Assembly: GCA_035495795.1 (NCBI GenBank) | Contig: DATJFF010000252.1 | Location: 4,745 to 68,744 of the forward strand | Length of the DNA stretch: 64,000 nucleotides | Source of the DNA: Vicinamibacterales bacterium | Lineage (GTDB): Bacteria; Acidobacteriota; Vicinamibacteria; Vicinamibacterales; UBA2999 | Direction: 5' to 3' | In this document: in pieces, positions 56,159-64,000 of the stretch | How the letters are laid out: every line of letters starts with the position of its first letter | Position numbering within the stretch: the first letter of the stretch is position 1 | Made by a program: the position numbers and the translations under genes | The notes under the pieces: generated by a model | The model's input: only the letters and a program-made list of their open reading frames with translations | Told to the model about the DNA's origin: nothing | Databases searched by the model: none

Positions 56159-56764
56159 ATGCAGGTCATGAGCAGCCCGTTCGTGCTCGGTGTCGATCTC
56201 GATGGCACCTGCGCCGACTTCTACACCGGCCTTCGGCCGATCGCGGCCGAGTGGCTTGGCGTCGCCGAGCAGTCGCTCGCCAGCGAGTTCTCGTGGGACC
56301 TGCCCGAGTGGGGCGTCGCGGAGGCGCCGGGCGGTTATCCGAAGCTGCACCAGTTCGCCGTCCTGCAGCGCGATCTGTTCCGCATTCTCAAGCCAATGCC
56401 CGGCGCGCCGCAGGTGCTCCGGCGCCTGTCGGACATGGGCGTGCGCATCCGGATCATCACGCACCGCCTGCTGATCAAGAACTTCCATCGCGCCGCGGTG
56501 CAGCAGACCGTCGACTGGCTCGACGGACATGACATCCCGTACTGGGATCTGTGCTTCCTCGCCGACAAGTCGGCGGTTGGCGCCGATCTCTACATTGAAG
56601 ACTCGCCCAAGAACGTTGAGCAGCTGCGCCGGGAAGGGCACCCGACCATCGTCTTCACAAGTCCGACCAACCGCCACCTGCCAGGCCCGCGCGCCGACAC
56701 CTGGGAGCAGGTTTACGGGATGGTCGTCGCCGCGATGCAGCCCGAGGCGTCACCCCGCGCGTGA
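56159..56764 (+). CDS. HAD-type 5'(3')-deoxyribonucleotidase-like protein
   Basis: VLGVDLDGTCADF (DxDx motif). ...ADLYIEDSPKN. Confidence 0.6.
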   Translation: MQVMSSPFVLGVDLDGTCADFYTGLRPIAAEWLGVAEQSLASEFSWDLPEWGVAEAPGGYPKLHQFAVLQRDLFRILKPMPGAPQVLRRLSDMGVRIRIITHRLLIKNFHRAAVQQTVDWLDGHDIPYWDLCFLADKSAVGADLYIEDSPKNVEQLRREGHPTIVFTSPTNRHLPGPRADTWEQVYGMVVAAMQPEASPRA

Positions 56765-56983
56765 TCCGCGCCGGTCTGCGCGCTCCACGCGCCCGCGCAG
56801 CTGGCACGACATTGCCTTGATCAGCATCAACTCCTCTTCCTGCTTCACCCGGATCTCGGCGAGCCGCTGTTCGAGCCGCCGGTCCAGCGCATCCAGCCGG
56901 CGGTGAACGGCCTCGATCTCGCGGTCCACGCCCGGCCGCGGCCGGTCTTTGCCCACTGCTTCGTCATCGTGCAGCTGTGACAT
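56750..56983 (-). CDS. hypothetical small coiled-coil protein
   Basis: ORF only. Overlaps the 3' end of the previous gene by 15 nt. Confidence 0.3.
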   Translation of the reverse strand: MSQLHDDEAVGKDRPRPGVDREIEAVHRRLDALDRRLEQRLAEIRVKQEEELMLIKAMSCQLRGRVERADRRGSRAG

Positions 56984-57138
56984 CGCATTGCTCCCTCAGC
57001 GCCAGCCTCCGCCAAAGTCGCTGCAGGCCGCGTGCCGCGCGTGTTCCGGCCGCAGACGCGCGATTCGCGCGTCCACGTACGCGAGTTCTGCGCGGCGAGC
57101 GGCCGCGGGACATCGCAGCTTTGTGCGTAGAATGACCC

Positions 57139-57885
57139 ATGCGCGCCACCGCCTATCGGACGGCCCTGCTCGCCTCCGTACTGATCACGGCTGTAGCCTC
57201 CCTCCGTGCCGCGCCGCCGCCACTGGTTCGCGATGCCAATCAGCTGCTTCTTGTCGTCACGCCGGACTGGAACACCGTCCAGGGTGAGCTGCGCCGTTTT
57301 GAGCGCGGGAATCTCGACGAGCCGTGGCGCGCCGTCGGCGCCCCAGGACTGATCGTGGTTGGGAAAAACGGCACCGCGTGGGATCCGCTGGCGGCCCAGC
57401 CCGTGCCAGGGCCAGTGAAGGCGGAGGGCGACGGACGTTCGCCCGCCGGCGTGTTTCCACTCGGGAAAGCGTTTGGGTATGCCCCGGCGGCGGAAGCGGC
57501 GTGGTTGAAGCTTCCGTATCTACCGGTCACCGAAGGCGTCGAGTGCGTGGACGACTCCGCCTCGACCCTCTACAACCAGGTCGTGGACCGGCGGACGATC
57601 AAGACGCCCGACTGGAACAGCTCCGAGAAGATGCGTGAGGTCGGCGAAGCATACCGCTGGGGCGTGGTCGTGAACTACAACACGCCGGCCGTGCCGAAGC
57701 GCGGATCTTGCATCTTCCTCCACATCGGCGGCGAGCAGGGCAAGGGCACCGCGGGGTGCACCGCGATGGCGCCGGACTTTCTCCGGGAGGTGATGGCCTG
57801 GATCGATCCAGGCCGGAAGCCGGTGCTCGTTCAGCTGCCGCGCGCCGCCTACGACGCGCTCAAGCCGGCATGGTCGCTCCCATGA
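57139..57885 (+). CDS. L,D-transpeptidase (YkuD) family protein
   Basis: Signal peptide. Catalytic block GSCIFLHIGG..GKGTAGCTAM. Confidence 0.7.
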   Translation: MRATAYRTALLASVLITAVASLRAAPPPLVRDANQLLLVVTPDWNTVQGELRRFERGNLDEPWRAVGAPGLIVVGKNGTAWDPLAAQPVPGPVKAEGDGRSPAGVFPLGKAFGYAPAAEAAWLKLPYLPVTEGVECVDDSASTLYNQVVDRRTIKTPDWNSSEKMREVGEAYRWGVVVNYNTPAVPKRGSCIFLHIGGEQGKGTAGCTAMAPDFLREVMAWIDPGRKPVLVQLPRAAYDALKPAWSLP

Positions 57886-57956
57886 GCGGGAAGGATCGAT
57901 GAGTCGTCGGCGGGTCGGAGGTGGTCGTCATCACCCGGCGTCGCCCGAAGTGACCG

Positions 57957-59012
57957 TCAGGTTGGCTGCGGCTGGGCGCGGCGCTTCTTCATCTGGACCT
58001 CCCGGCCGCCGTCGGCGAACCCGACCTCGTCCATCAACTGGTTGATGAGGAACACTCCGCGGCCGCTGCCTTTGAAGACGTTCTCGCCCTCGAGCGGATT
58101 GGGCACGGCCGCGGGCTCGAACCCGGGACCAGGGTCACGCACCGCGACGACCAGTTCGCCGTGGTTGCCGGTGGTGACGATGCACTGCACGTTCTTGGTG
58201 GGGTCGTTCTTGCAGCCGTGGCGAATCGCATTGGCCAGCGCCTCGTCGAGGGCGAGTTCGACCGGCATCAGCTCTTCTTCCGTCCAGCCCTTGCCCTGCA
58301 GCAGCTGACGGATTCCTTCGCTGACGCGCGGAATCGACGCGGGCTCGGCAGGGACCACGATATTCATCTCGCAGGTCGAGGTGTAGGGCATCAGCGCGGT
58401 GAGCTTGTCGACCTTTTGCAGCGAGGAACGGAGCTCCTTGATCAATTCGGCCTGTTCGGCTTCCGCCTTGTCGCGATCGGCCAGGGCGCGCCTCAGATCC
58501 ATGAGCCGGCGCCGCAGCTCCAGTTGCGCCTGCGCCTGGTGGCGAAGGGCGCTGAGCGCCTCCATCTGCTCCGGGGTCAGCCGGCGCGGTTCGGTGTCGA
58601 CGACGCACAGTGTGCCGAGCGCGTAGCCGTCGGGGGTGACCAGCGGCGCGCCTGCGTAAAAGCGAATGTGCGGCTGGCCAGTGACGAAGGGGTTCTCGCG
58701 GAACCGAGCGTCCTCGCGGGTGTCGGGCACTTCCATGATGCGGCCCGGCTGCTTGATCGCATGGGTGCAGAAGGCCACGGAGCGTTCGGTTTCGCGGATG
58801 CCGATGCCTCGCTCCGACTTGAACCACTGGCGGTCTTCGTCGATGAGCGTGATCAGGGCCATCGGCGTGCCGCAGATCTGAGAGGCGAGGAGAGTGAGGT
58901 CGTCGAACGCCGCTTCCGGCTCGGTGTCGAGGATCTGGTAGCTCCGGAGGGCGGTCAGGCGGGCCTGTTCGTCGACTTCGGGCATGTGATCCTCGGGGGA
59001 GTGGCTACTCAA
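57957..59012 (-). CDS. GAF sensor domain fused to RsbW/SpoIIAB-like anti-sigma factor serine kinase (HATPase_c)
   Basis: GAF: LLASQICGTPMALITLID...FCTHAI. Coiled-coil linker. C-terminal ALDEALANAIRHG...DPGPGF...GSGRGVFLINQLMDEV. Confidence 0.75.
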   Translation of the reverse strand: MSSHSPEDHMPEVDEQARLTALRSYQILDTEPEAAFDDLTLLASQICGTPMALITLIDEDRQWFKSERGIGIRETERSVAFCTHAIKQPGRIMEVPDTREDARFRENPFVTGQPHIRFYAGAPLVTPDGYALGTLCVVDTEPRRLTPEQMEALSALRHQAQAQLELRRRLMDLRRALADRDKAEAEQAELIKELRSSLQKVDKLTALMPYTSTCEMNIVVPAEPASIPRVSEGIRQLLQGKGWTEEELMPVELALDEALANAIRHGCKNDPTKNVQCIVTTGNHGELVVAVRDPGPGFEPAAVPNPLEGENVFKGSGRGVFLINQLMDEVGFADGGREVQMKKRRAQPQPT

Positions 59013-59142
59013 CGATACGCCGTCCGGGGCGCGGCGGTTCGCCCGGATTGACGGATGAGCCGGTCGACACGGTCAAGGCCTTCGCCCTTCACGTTTTCGC
59101 ACGCCCGCGGCCGCTGTGAGAGGCGAAAGGGAGACATTGGGC

Positions 59143-59211
59143 TTCTGCATTGTGCCTTGTGCCTTGTGCCTTGTGCCTTTTGCCTTGTGCCTTTTGCCTT
59201 CTGCCTGGGCC
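59143..59211 (-). repeat. GGCAMAA heptamer array in reverse orientation (about 10 units)
   Basis: + strand: TTCTGCA (TTGTGCC)x4 TTTTGCC TTGTGCC TTTTGCC TTCTGCC TGGGCC. Abuts the stop codon at 59213-59215 of the minus-strand gene, so it reads GGCA.AA in that mRNA sense. Confidence 0.9.
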
Positions 59212-59212
59212 T

Positions 59213-60706
59213 TTACGGGCACAGGTATTGGCCATTGTTCAGGAGTGTGCCCTGCCGACAGGAGGTGTCGCTGATCGTCGGCGCGCCGCTCCGGGCTGCC
59301 TCCTCCGTGTAGGCGCGGATTCGGGTGAAATCGGTCGCCGCGATTCGCACCCGCTCGCCGGCGAGAAACGTCACGTGATAGGCGGCGCGGAACGGCGCCC
59401 GAGCGCTGGTGACCCCACGAGCGACCAGGTCATCGGCAAGCACCTGCCGGTAGTCCACGAGCGGATGGGAACGGTATTCCCGGATGAGCGCCACCATGTC
59501 GAGCGCGTTCACCGCGCCCCACAGCACCACCGCGGCGGCCAGCGCCGCGCGAGCCGTCGTGTTCCGCCAGGCCTGCAGACCCATCACCAGCGCGCCAACC
59601 GGAACGAACATCCCGAGGAGGTTGTAGCGCAGCGTCTCCACCCTGATGGCGCTGCACGACAGATAGCCATAGACGAGGGTGGAGATCACGCCGACGAGGA
59701 CGAGATATCCGCCAATGTGCGGGATTGGCGGGGCATTCGTCAGCCGCCGTTGCGACCACCAGAACGACGTGCCTCCCGCGAATCCGGCAAAGGTGATCAG
59801 GCCCACCCAGGCGCCGAGTCCCGGCTGTCCTGAGTACACACCGGTGTGGACGCCGTAGTCGAAGAGCGGGGCGCCGACCCCGCCGAACAGCCGCGGCAGG
59901 TGATCGCTCACGAGCAGGCGCGAACGCTCCGCCCAGGTCTCGGGTGCGAAACAGAGATAGCGGCCGACGTCGTCAACCGGCGGCATCCAGAGATCGTCAC
60001 CGTGTGTACCCGGACCCCATGCACTCCCGAACGGCTGAAGGATGCCGGCGGCCGCGCGGACGGCCACCCAGGCGACCGCCGCGAGCGCCCAGTGTTTTGC
60101 ACGATCCGCGACATAGACGCGGCGGACCGGCGCTGAGAGGAGCCCGAGCGCATCCACGATGATCAATGCGGCGGCCGCGTAAGCCGTGAATTCGCGGTGC
60201 AGCATCCCGATGCCCAGGACCGTGCCGAACGCGAACGGACGTCCGCGCAGCATCCAGAGCAGCAGCACGTAAAGCCACGGCTCGACGTTGCCGCCCATCG
60301 CTTCGGTGGTGCGCGCCGCGATTGGGGCCGCCGGCATTGCCAGCGGCAGCACGGCGACCGACGCGACCCACGGCGAGAGCGCTGCATCGCGGACCAGCAG
60401 CCGCAGCATGACGAAAACGACCGCCACGTTCACGAGCAGGAGTGGCATTTTCAGTGCGGTCACCGTCGCGCCGAGCGCCCACATGAATGGCGCAGCGGCG
60501 TAGGCCTCCACGGCCAGCATGTAGGTCTGACCGTAGTAGTAGAGCGGGAACGCCCGGCCTTCGCTGATGTGGCGGGCCATCAGGCCGACCGTTGCTTGAT
60601 CGGAGTCGAAGTGCAGGCTCGGCCACCAGACGAACGGCAACGCGCGAAACAGCACGGCGCACGCGAGGAGCGTAAAAGCGGTCCAGAACTGAGCGCGCTG
60701 AGTCAT
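59213..60706 (-). CDS. polytopic membrane protein, ArnT/PMT-like GT-C candidate
   Basis: 497 aa, >10 TM. N-terminal loop HFDSDQATVGLMARHI. Confidence 0.55.
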   Translation of the reverse strand: MTQRAQFWTAFTLLACAVLFRALPFVWWPSLHFDSDQATVGLMARHISEGRAFPLYYYGQTYMLAVEAYAAAPFMWALGATVTALKMPLLLVNVAVVFVMLRLLVRDAALSPWVASVAVLPLAMPAAPIAARTTEAMGGNVEPWLYVLLLWMLRGRPFAFGTVLGIGMLHREFTAYAAAALIIVDALGLLSAPVRRVYVADRAKHWALAAVAWVAVRAAAGILQPFGSAWGPGTHGDDLWMPPVDDVGRYLCFAPETWAERSRLLVSDHLPRLFGGVGAPLFDYGVHTGVYSGQPGLGAWVGLITFAGFAGGTSFWWSQRRLTNAPPIPHIGGYLVLVGVISTLVYGYLSCSAIRVETLRYNLLGMFVPVGALVMGLQAWRNTTARAALAAAVVLWGAVNALDMVALIREYRSHPLVDYRQVLADDLVARGVTSARAPFRAAYHVTFLAGERVRIAATDFTRIRAYTEEAARSGAPTISDTSCRQGTLLNNGQYLCP

Positions 60707-60887
60707 CCACGGACCGCGAGCGATGCGGGAGCGTAGAATACGCCAACCGACCCAGGCGCTCCGCTCGAGATCCCCGGCGCCCGTCGGCCGGCTTGTCAGA
60801 ATCTCTGCCGCGCGCCGCGCGGCCAGGGCCCGCTATGCAATCGACCCACGAGTTTCACATTCGCGTTTCGGGCTGCACAGCGGTCCG

Positions 60888-63095
60888 ATGACCGCGCCGC
60901 CTGCCTCCGCACCGTTCGTGCGTGCCGGCGTCGTGGCGCTGCTTGTCGCGGTGGCGTGGTGGGCGATGACCACATCTTCACCCATGCCGCCGACCTGGCC
61001 GGTCGGCCCGCAGCCGGTCTATTCGAGCCTCGATCCGCCGGCGCTCGTGGCGCTCGAACCGGTGCTGCATGCCGCCTGGCTCGGGACGCCACCGCGCGCG
61101 CTCGGATGGTTTGCCGCCGTCCTGGTCATCCTCGGCGCCAGCGGCGTGGCGCTCTTTTCCGGGGCCTCCACGCTCGCGGCGGTCTTCGTCCTGGTGGCGC
61201 TCGTCGCCGACAGCGCCTTCAGCGCGGCGCTCGCCCATGCCGCCGGCCTTTCGCTGGCCGTCGGGTTCGTGTGGCTGGCTGCCGGCGCGGCCTTCGACGA
61301 TCGGTCGCGGCTGTCACGAGGGCGATGGATCAACCCGCTGTCCGCGCTGCTGCTCTGGGGTGTCGCCGTGTGGTGCCACTGGGTGGCCGTCGTCGCCTGG
61401 CCGATCGTGCTCGCCGCGTTCTGGCGAACGCCGCAGCGACCGGCCCGCGGCTTCTGGACCGCAGCCTCACTCGCCGTTGGTGTCGCTGCGGTCGTGTTGC
61501 ATTTCGCGAGCGTGGCTCACGACACGAGAATCGTGACGACCGCCGCCGACGCGTTCGGCTGGCGCGACGCGATGTGGGTGGCGTTCGACGCGCGGCCGCG
61601 AATGCCGCTCGGCAGTTACTCGGCCCCCGATCTCACGACCAGGCTCGGCTACGTGCTCATGGCACTTGCCGGCGTCGGACTGCTCTTCGGCTCGCTCGGC
61701 CGCTGGTGGCGTCGCTCTGTCTTGCTGACCGCCGCGTTGGCAGTGGGCGTCGGCATCACCTGGTCCGAGTGGCAGGCAGAGGTCACTCGGTTCGCACTGT
61801 GGTCACTGGCGCCGTTGTCAGCGGTCGGACTGACCTGGGTCGCGTCACAAGGACGGCGGCCAGCGGCCGTCACGATCGTGCTGGGCGCCATCGCCGTCAG
61901 TGAGACGATGGTGCTCGGCGCGCGCCCCCTTGCCGGCGCCGAGGCCAGGCAGTTTCGTGACTTGCTCCTCACCACCCTGGAACTTCGTGCGCAGGCCGGG
62001 CCGCTGGCACTCGTGGCCGAGAACACACAGATCGATTCCGCGCTCGTTCCGTGGATCGCGGCGCGCGTGCCGAATGCCGTCCGCCTCACGCAGGACGGTG
62101 GAGCAGTGGCTGACGCGCGCCAGGATGGTCGCGCCGTGCTCGCGGGGCCGGTCGGCCGGCGGCATCTCGAACTGTCAGGCGTAGCGTTCGCCGACGCGGT
62201 GCCGCTGTCGGACCTCGCGCCTTACACGCTGTCCAAGGTCGAAGGCGTAATGCAATGCGCCGTCATTCGCGCCGATCGCTGGAGCCAGTTGCCGGGACTG
62301 GAATACACCGGCCGCCTCGGCATCCGCGTGCCGCCTGGTATCGGCGGTGAGCTCGACGTCATCGTGGGGGACGCGCTCGAACTGCCGGTGCGCGCGGAGA
62401 GCCCCGACGGCAGCGAGCTCGCGCCGCGTCAGGAAACATTGTCGAGTGGCCCGGGTGTGGCGCCGCCGCCGGCCGACTTCTGGATTGACGATGGCGCGCC
62501 GTCCGCCGAGCCGCGCTGGATTCATCGCGTCCGGTTCACCGCGGACCCGCTGGTCCCGTCGCTCGTCTCGCTCGAACTGGGCCGCCGCGCTCCGCGCGCG
62601 ATTGCCCGACTGATCGGATACGGCGACGCCGCGCGCGGACGGATCTGCGCGGCGCCGGTCGGGATCATGCACCTTCGCACGCCGGGCAGCGAGGTGCTGA
62701 ACCTCCGTGACGAGGCGTTGTTCGGCGCGGGATGGTACGGGCTCGAGGCCCGTGAGCGCGGCGGGTACCGATGGGCGAGCCCGGATGCCGTGATGCTGGT
62801 GCGCACGCCGGAGCGGGCCGAAGTGGAGGTCACGCTCGAAGCCGGCGTCGCCGCCGGAACGGGCCCGAGCGGTGCCACCACGATCGCGCTCCGCGTGAAT
62901 GGGGTTGACGTCGGCACACGCGTGGCTGGCGTCGAGCCGCGTTACACGTGGCAGGTCCCGGCAGGTGTGTGGGTGGCGGGCACCAACGAGCTGTGGTGGA
63001 CGACCTCGCACGCCGTGCGCCCGTCGGACATGGGCGGCACCGACACGCGATCGCTGGCGCTTCGCGTGTCCGGCGTCTCGCTGACGCGGAAATAG
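60888..63095 (+). CDS. large polytopic membrane protein with extracytoplasmic C-terminal domain (GT-C-like)
   Basis: ATG at 60888 precedes the first TM. C-terminal module ...GWYGLEARERGGYRWA...DTRSLALRVSGVSL resembles the tail of the 16545..19187 protein. Confidence 0.55.
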   Translation: MTAPPASAPFVRAGVVALLVAVAWWAMTTSSPMPPTWPVGPQPVYSSLDPPALVALEPVLHAAWLGTPPRALGWFAAVLVILGASGVALFSGASTLAAVFVLVALVADSAFSAALAHAAGLSLAVGFVWLAAGAAFDDRSRLSRGRWINPLSALLLWGVAVWCHWVAVVAWPIVLAAFWRTPQRPARGFWTAASLAVGVAAVVLHFASVAHDTRIVTTAADAFGWRDAMWVAFDARPRMPLGSYSAPDLTTRLGYVLMALAGVGLLFGSLGRWWRRSVLLTAALAVGVGITWSEWQAEVTRFALWSLAPLSAVGLTWVASQGRRPAAVTIVLGAIAVSETMVLGARPLAGAEARQFRDLLLTTLELRAQAGPLALVAENTQIDSALVPWIAARVPNAVRLTQDGGAVADARQDGRAVLAGPVGRRHLELSGVAFADAVPLSDLAPYTLSKVEGVMQCAVIRADRWSQLPGLEYTGRLGIRVPPGIGGELDVIVGDALELPVRAESPDGSELAPRQETLSSGPGVAPPPADFWIDDGAPSAEPRWIHRVRFTADPLVPSLVSLELGRRAPRAIARLIGYGDAARGRICAAPVGIMHLRTPGSEVLNLRDEALFGAGWYGLEARERGGYRWASPDAVMLVRTPERAEVEVTLEAGVAAGTGPSGATTIALRVNGVDVGTRVAGVEPRYTWQVPAGVWVAGTNELWWTTSHAVRPSDMGGTDTRSLALRVSGVSLTRK

Positions 63096-63165
63096 ACCGG
63101 ATTCGCAGAGCGCGCGGCCAGCGGCCGGCGCTGCCATCAGGCCGCGTGCGGCGGTCCGAAGACCA

Positions 63166-63618
63166 CTACGGAATGGAAATCAGTTCGACTTCGAAGAGCA
63201 GCGTCGCGTTGGGCGGGATCCGCGTCGCGTCGGGTGTGGACGACCCGTAAGCAAGCTCCGGCGGAATCACGAGACGGCGGATCCCGCCGATCTTCATCCC
63301 CGGAATGCCGCGCTGCCAGCCCGCGATCACGCTCGCCAGGGAGAACTGGGCGCGTTGGCTGGGCCCGTTGAAAACCGTGCCTTTGTTCTCGGCGGCGGTG
63401 TCGCTATACAGCCAGCCTGTGTAACTCACGGTGACCGTCTGGCCGGCGAGCACCTCGGAGCCGGTGCCGACGCGGAGATCGGTCTGGCTGTACGGCGCCG
63501 TCCCTGTCGGAGGCAGGCTGCCCGAGGGGGAGGTTGGCGAATCGCTGCCGCCACACGCAGCGGCTAAGGTCATGAGGGCGAGCGAGGACAGAAAACAGGC
63601 GAGATTTCGTCGAGTCAT
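63166..63618 (-). CDS. FKBP-type peptidyl-prolyl cis-trans isomerase (lipoprotein-like)
   Basis: Signal ...LMTLAAAC|GG. VSYTGWL..G..F, GVIAGWQRGIPGMKIGGIRRLVIPPELAYG. Confidence 0.85.
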   Translation of the reverse strand: MTRRNLACFLSSLALMTLAAACGGSDSPTSPSGSLPPTGTAPYSQTDLRVGTGSEVLAGQTVTVSYTGWLYSDTAAENKGTVFNGPSQRAQFSLASVIAGWQRGIPGMKIGGIRRLVIPPELAYGSSTPDATRIPPNATLLFEVELISIP

Positions 63619-63701
63619 CGTTCTCCGGAAAACAGGCGCTCCTCCGATCATACAGGAGTGAGGTGGCTGGCGCCCGAACGTGAGGGGCACGACGGGCCAG
63701 C

Positions 63702-63801
63702 GGGACTGCCCAAAAACCCGGGAGGGACTGCAATCGGTGGGAGGGACTGAGGGCTGACACTGCCGAGAGGCGAAGCCCTCCCGATCGGCGTCAGCCCTCC
63801 C
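63702..63801. repeat. GGGACTG / GGGAGGGACTG boxes followed by inverted CCCTCCC boxes (structured intergenic region)
   Basis: GGGACTG at 63702, 63724 and 63743. CCCTCC at about 63776 and 63795. GGGAGGGCTGAC / GTCAGCCCTC complementarity. Confidence 0.7.
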
Positions 63802-63807
63802 GCCGCG

Positions 63808-64000
63808 TCACTTGACGAACAACATTTCGCGATACGTCGGCAGCGGGTAGATCTCGTGCGGGATGACCACTTCCAGCTGATCGCCGACCTCGCGAAGCGC
63901 GGCCATGGCCGGCACGATGCAGTCGCGCATGTACTTGGCGTGCTGCTCGGACGACCCGCCGTTGTGATCGAGCTGGCCGGTCAGCCGCTCGGTCTGGGCG
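63808..64000 (-). CDS. 3' end of a gene continuing beyond the window; C-terminus resembles type III glutamine synthetase
   Basis: Manual translation: ...AKYMRDCIVPAMAALREVGDQLEVVIPHEIYPLPTYREMLFVK-stop. Not in the track because the start lies outside the window. Confidence 0.4.
   Translation of the reverse strand, partial: AQTERLTGQLDHNGGSSEQHAKYMRDCIVPAMAALREVGDQLEVVIPHEIYPLPTYREMLFVK

Overview
High-GC bacterial chromosomal segment. The gene style (Ser/Thr kinase fused to a TolB-like propeller, many ArnT/PMT-like GT-C membrane proteins) suggests a soil Acidobacteriota/Gemmatimonadota-like organism, but the phylum cannot be proven from this window. Most of the window is housekeeping. It contains tRNA-Val, the thrS-infC-rpmI-rplT-pheS-pheT cluster with zapB-like/zapA, thiL, cstA, ctpA with an EnvC-like M23 peptidase, ruvX-mltG, nadK-tlyA-ispA-xseB-xseA-ymdB-hsp20, dnaK-hsp20, rpoZ, gatC-gatA, a TetR-controlled RND efflux locus, Slt, an L,D-transpeptidase, an FKBP isomerase and six large GT-C-like membrane proteins. 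Main observations: (1) A lower-GC islet at about 3.3-6.9 kb lies next to tmRNA (ssrA). It has a duplicated 24-bp tmRNA 3' end and a decayed integrase. It carries two adjacent secreted genes, a NosD-like beta-helix protein and an HMA metal-binding protein. Each is interrupted by one in-frame TGA followed at the same spacing by a GC stem with a GGUC loop, so both are candidate selenoproteins. In the HMA gene the TGA replaces the first Cys of GMTCxxC. A MerR regulator with a textbook 19-bp-spacer operator-promoter sits in the same islet. (2) Several families of 7-nt-period tandem repeats (GGCARAA, GGCTCTR, GAGAGGT, GATTGGN) are confined to intergenic DNA. They often form long inverted-arm hairpins and often begin right at a stop codon. 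(3) One uninterrupted 1485-codon ORF fuses an RND permease to a TolC-like outer membrane factor through a signal-peptide-like segment. (4) A 6S-RNA-like locus lies downstream of zapA. It shares a TGnTAYAAT extended -10 box with ssrA and tRNA-Val. No CRISPR array, defence system or intact mobile element was seen. All calls come from reading the sequence and the ORF track; no searches were run.
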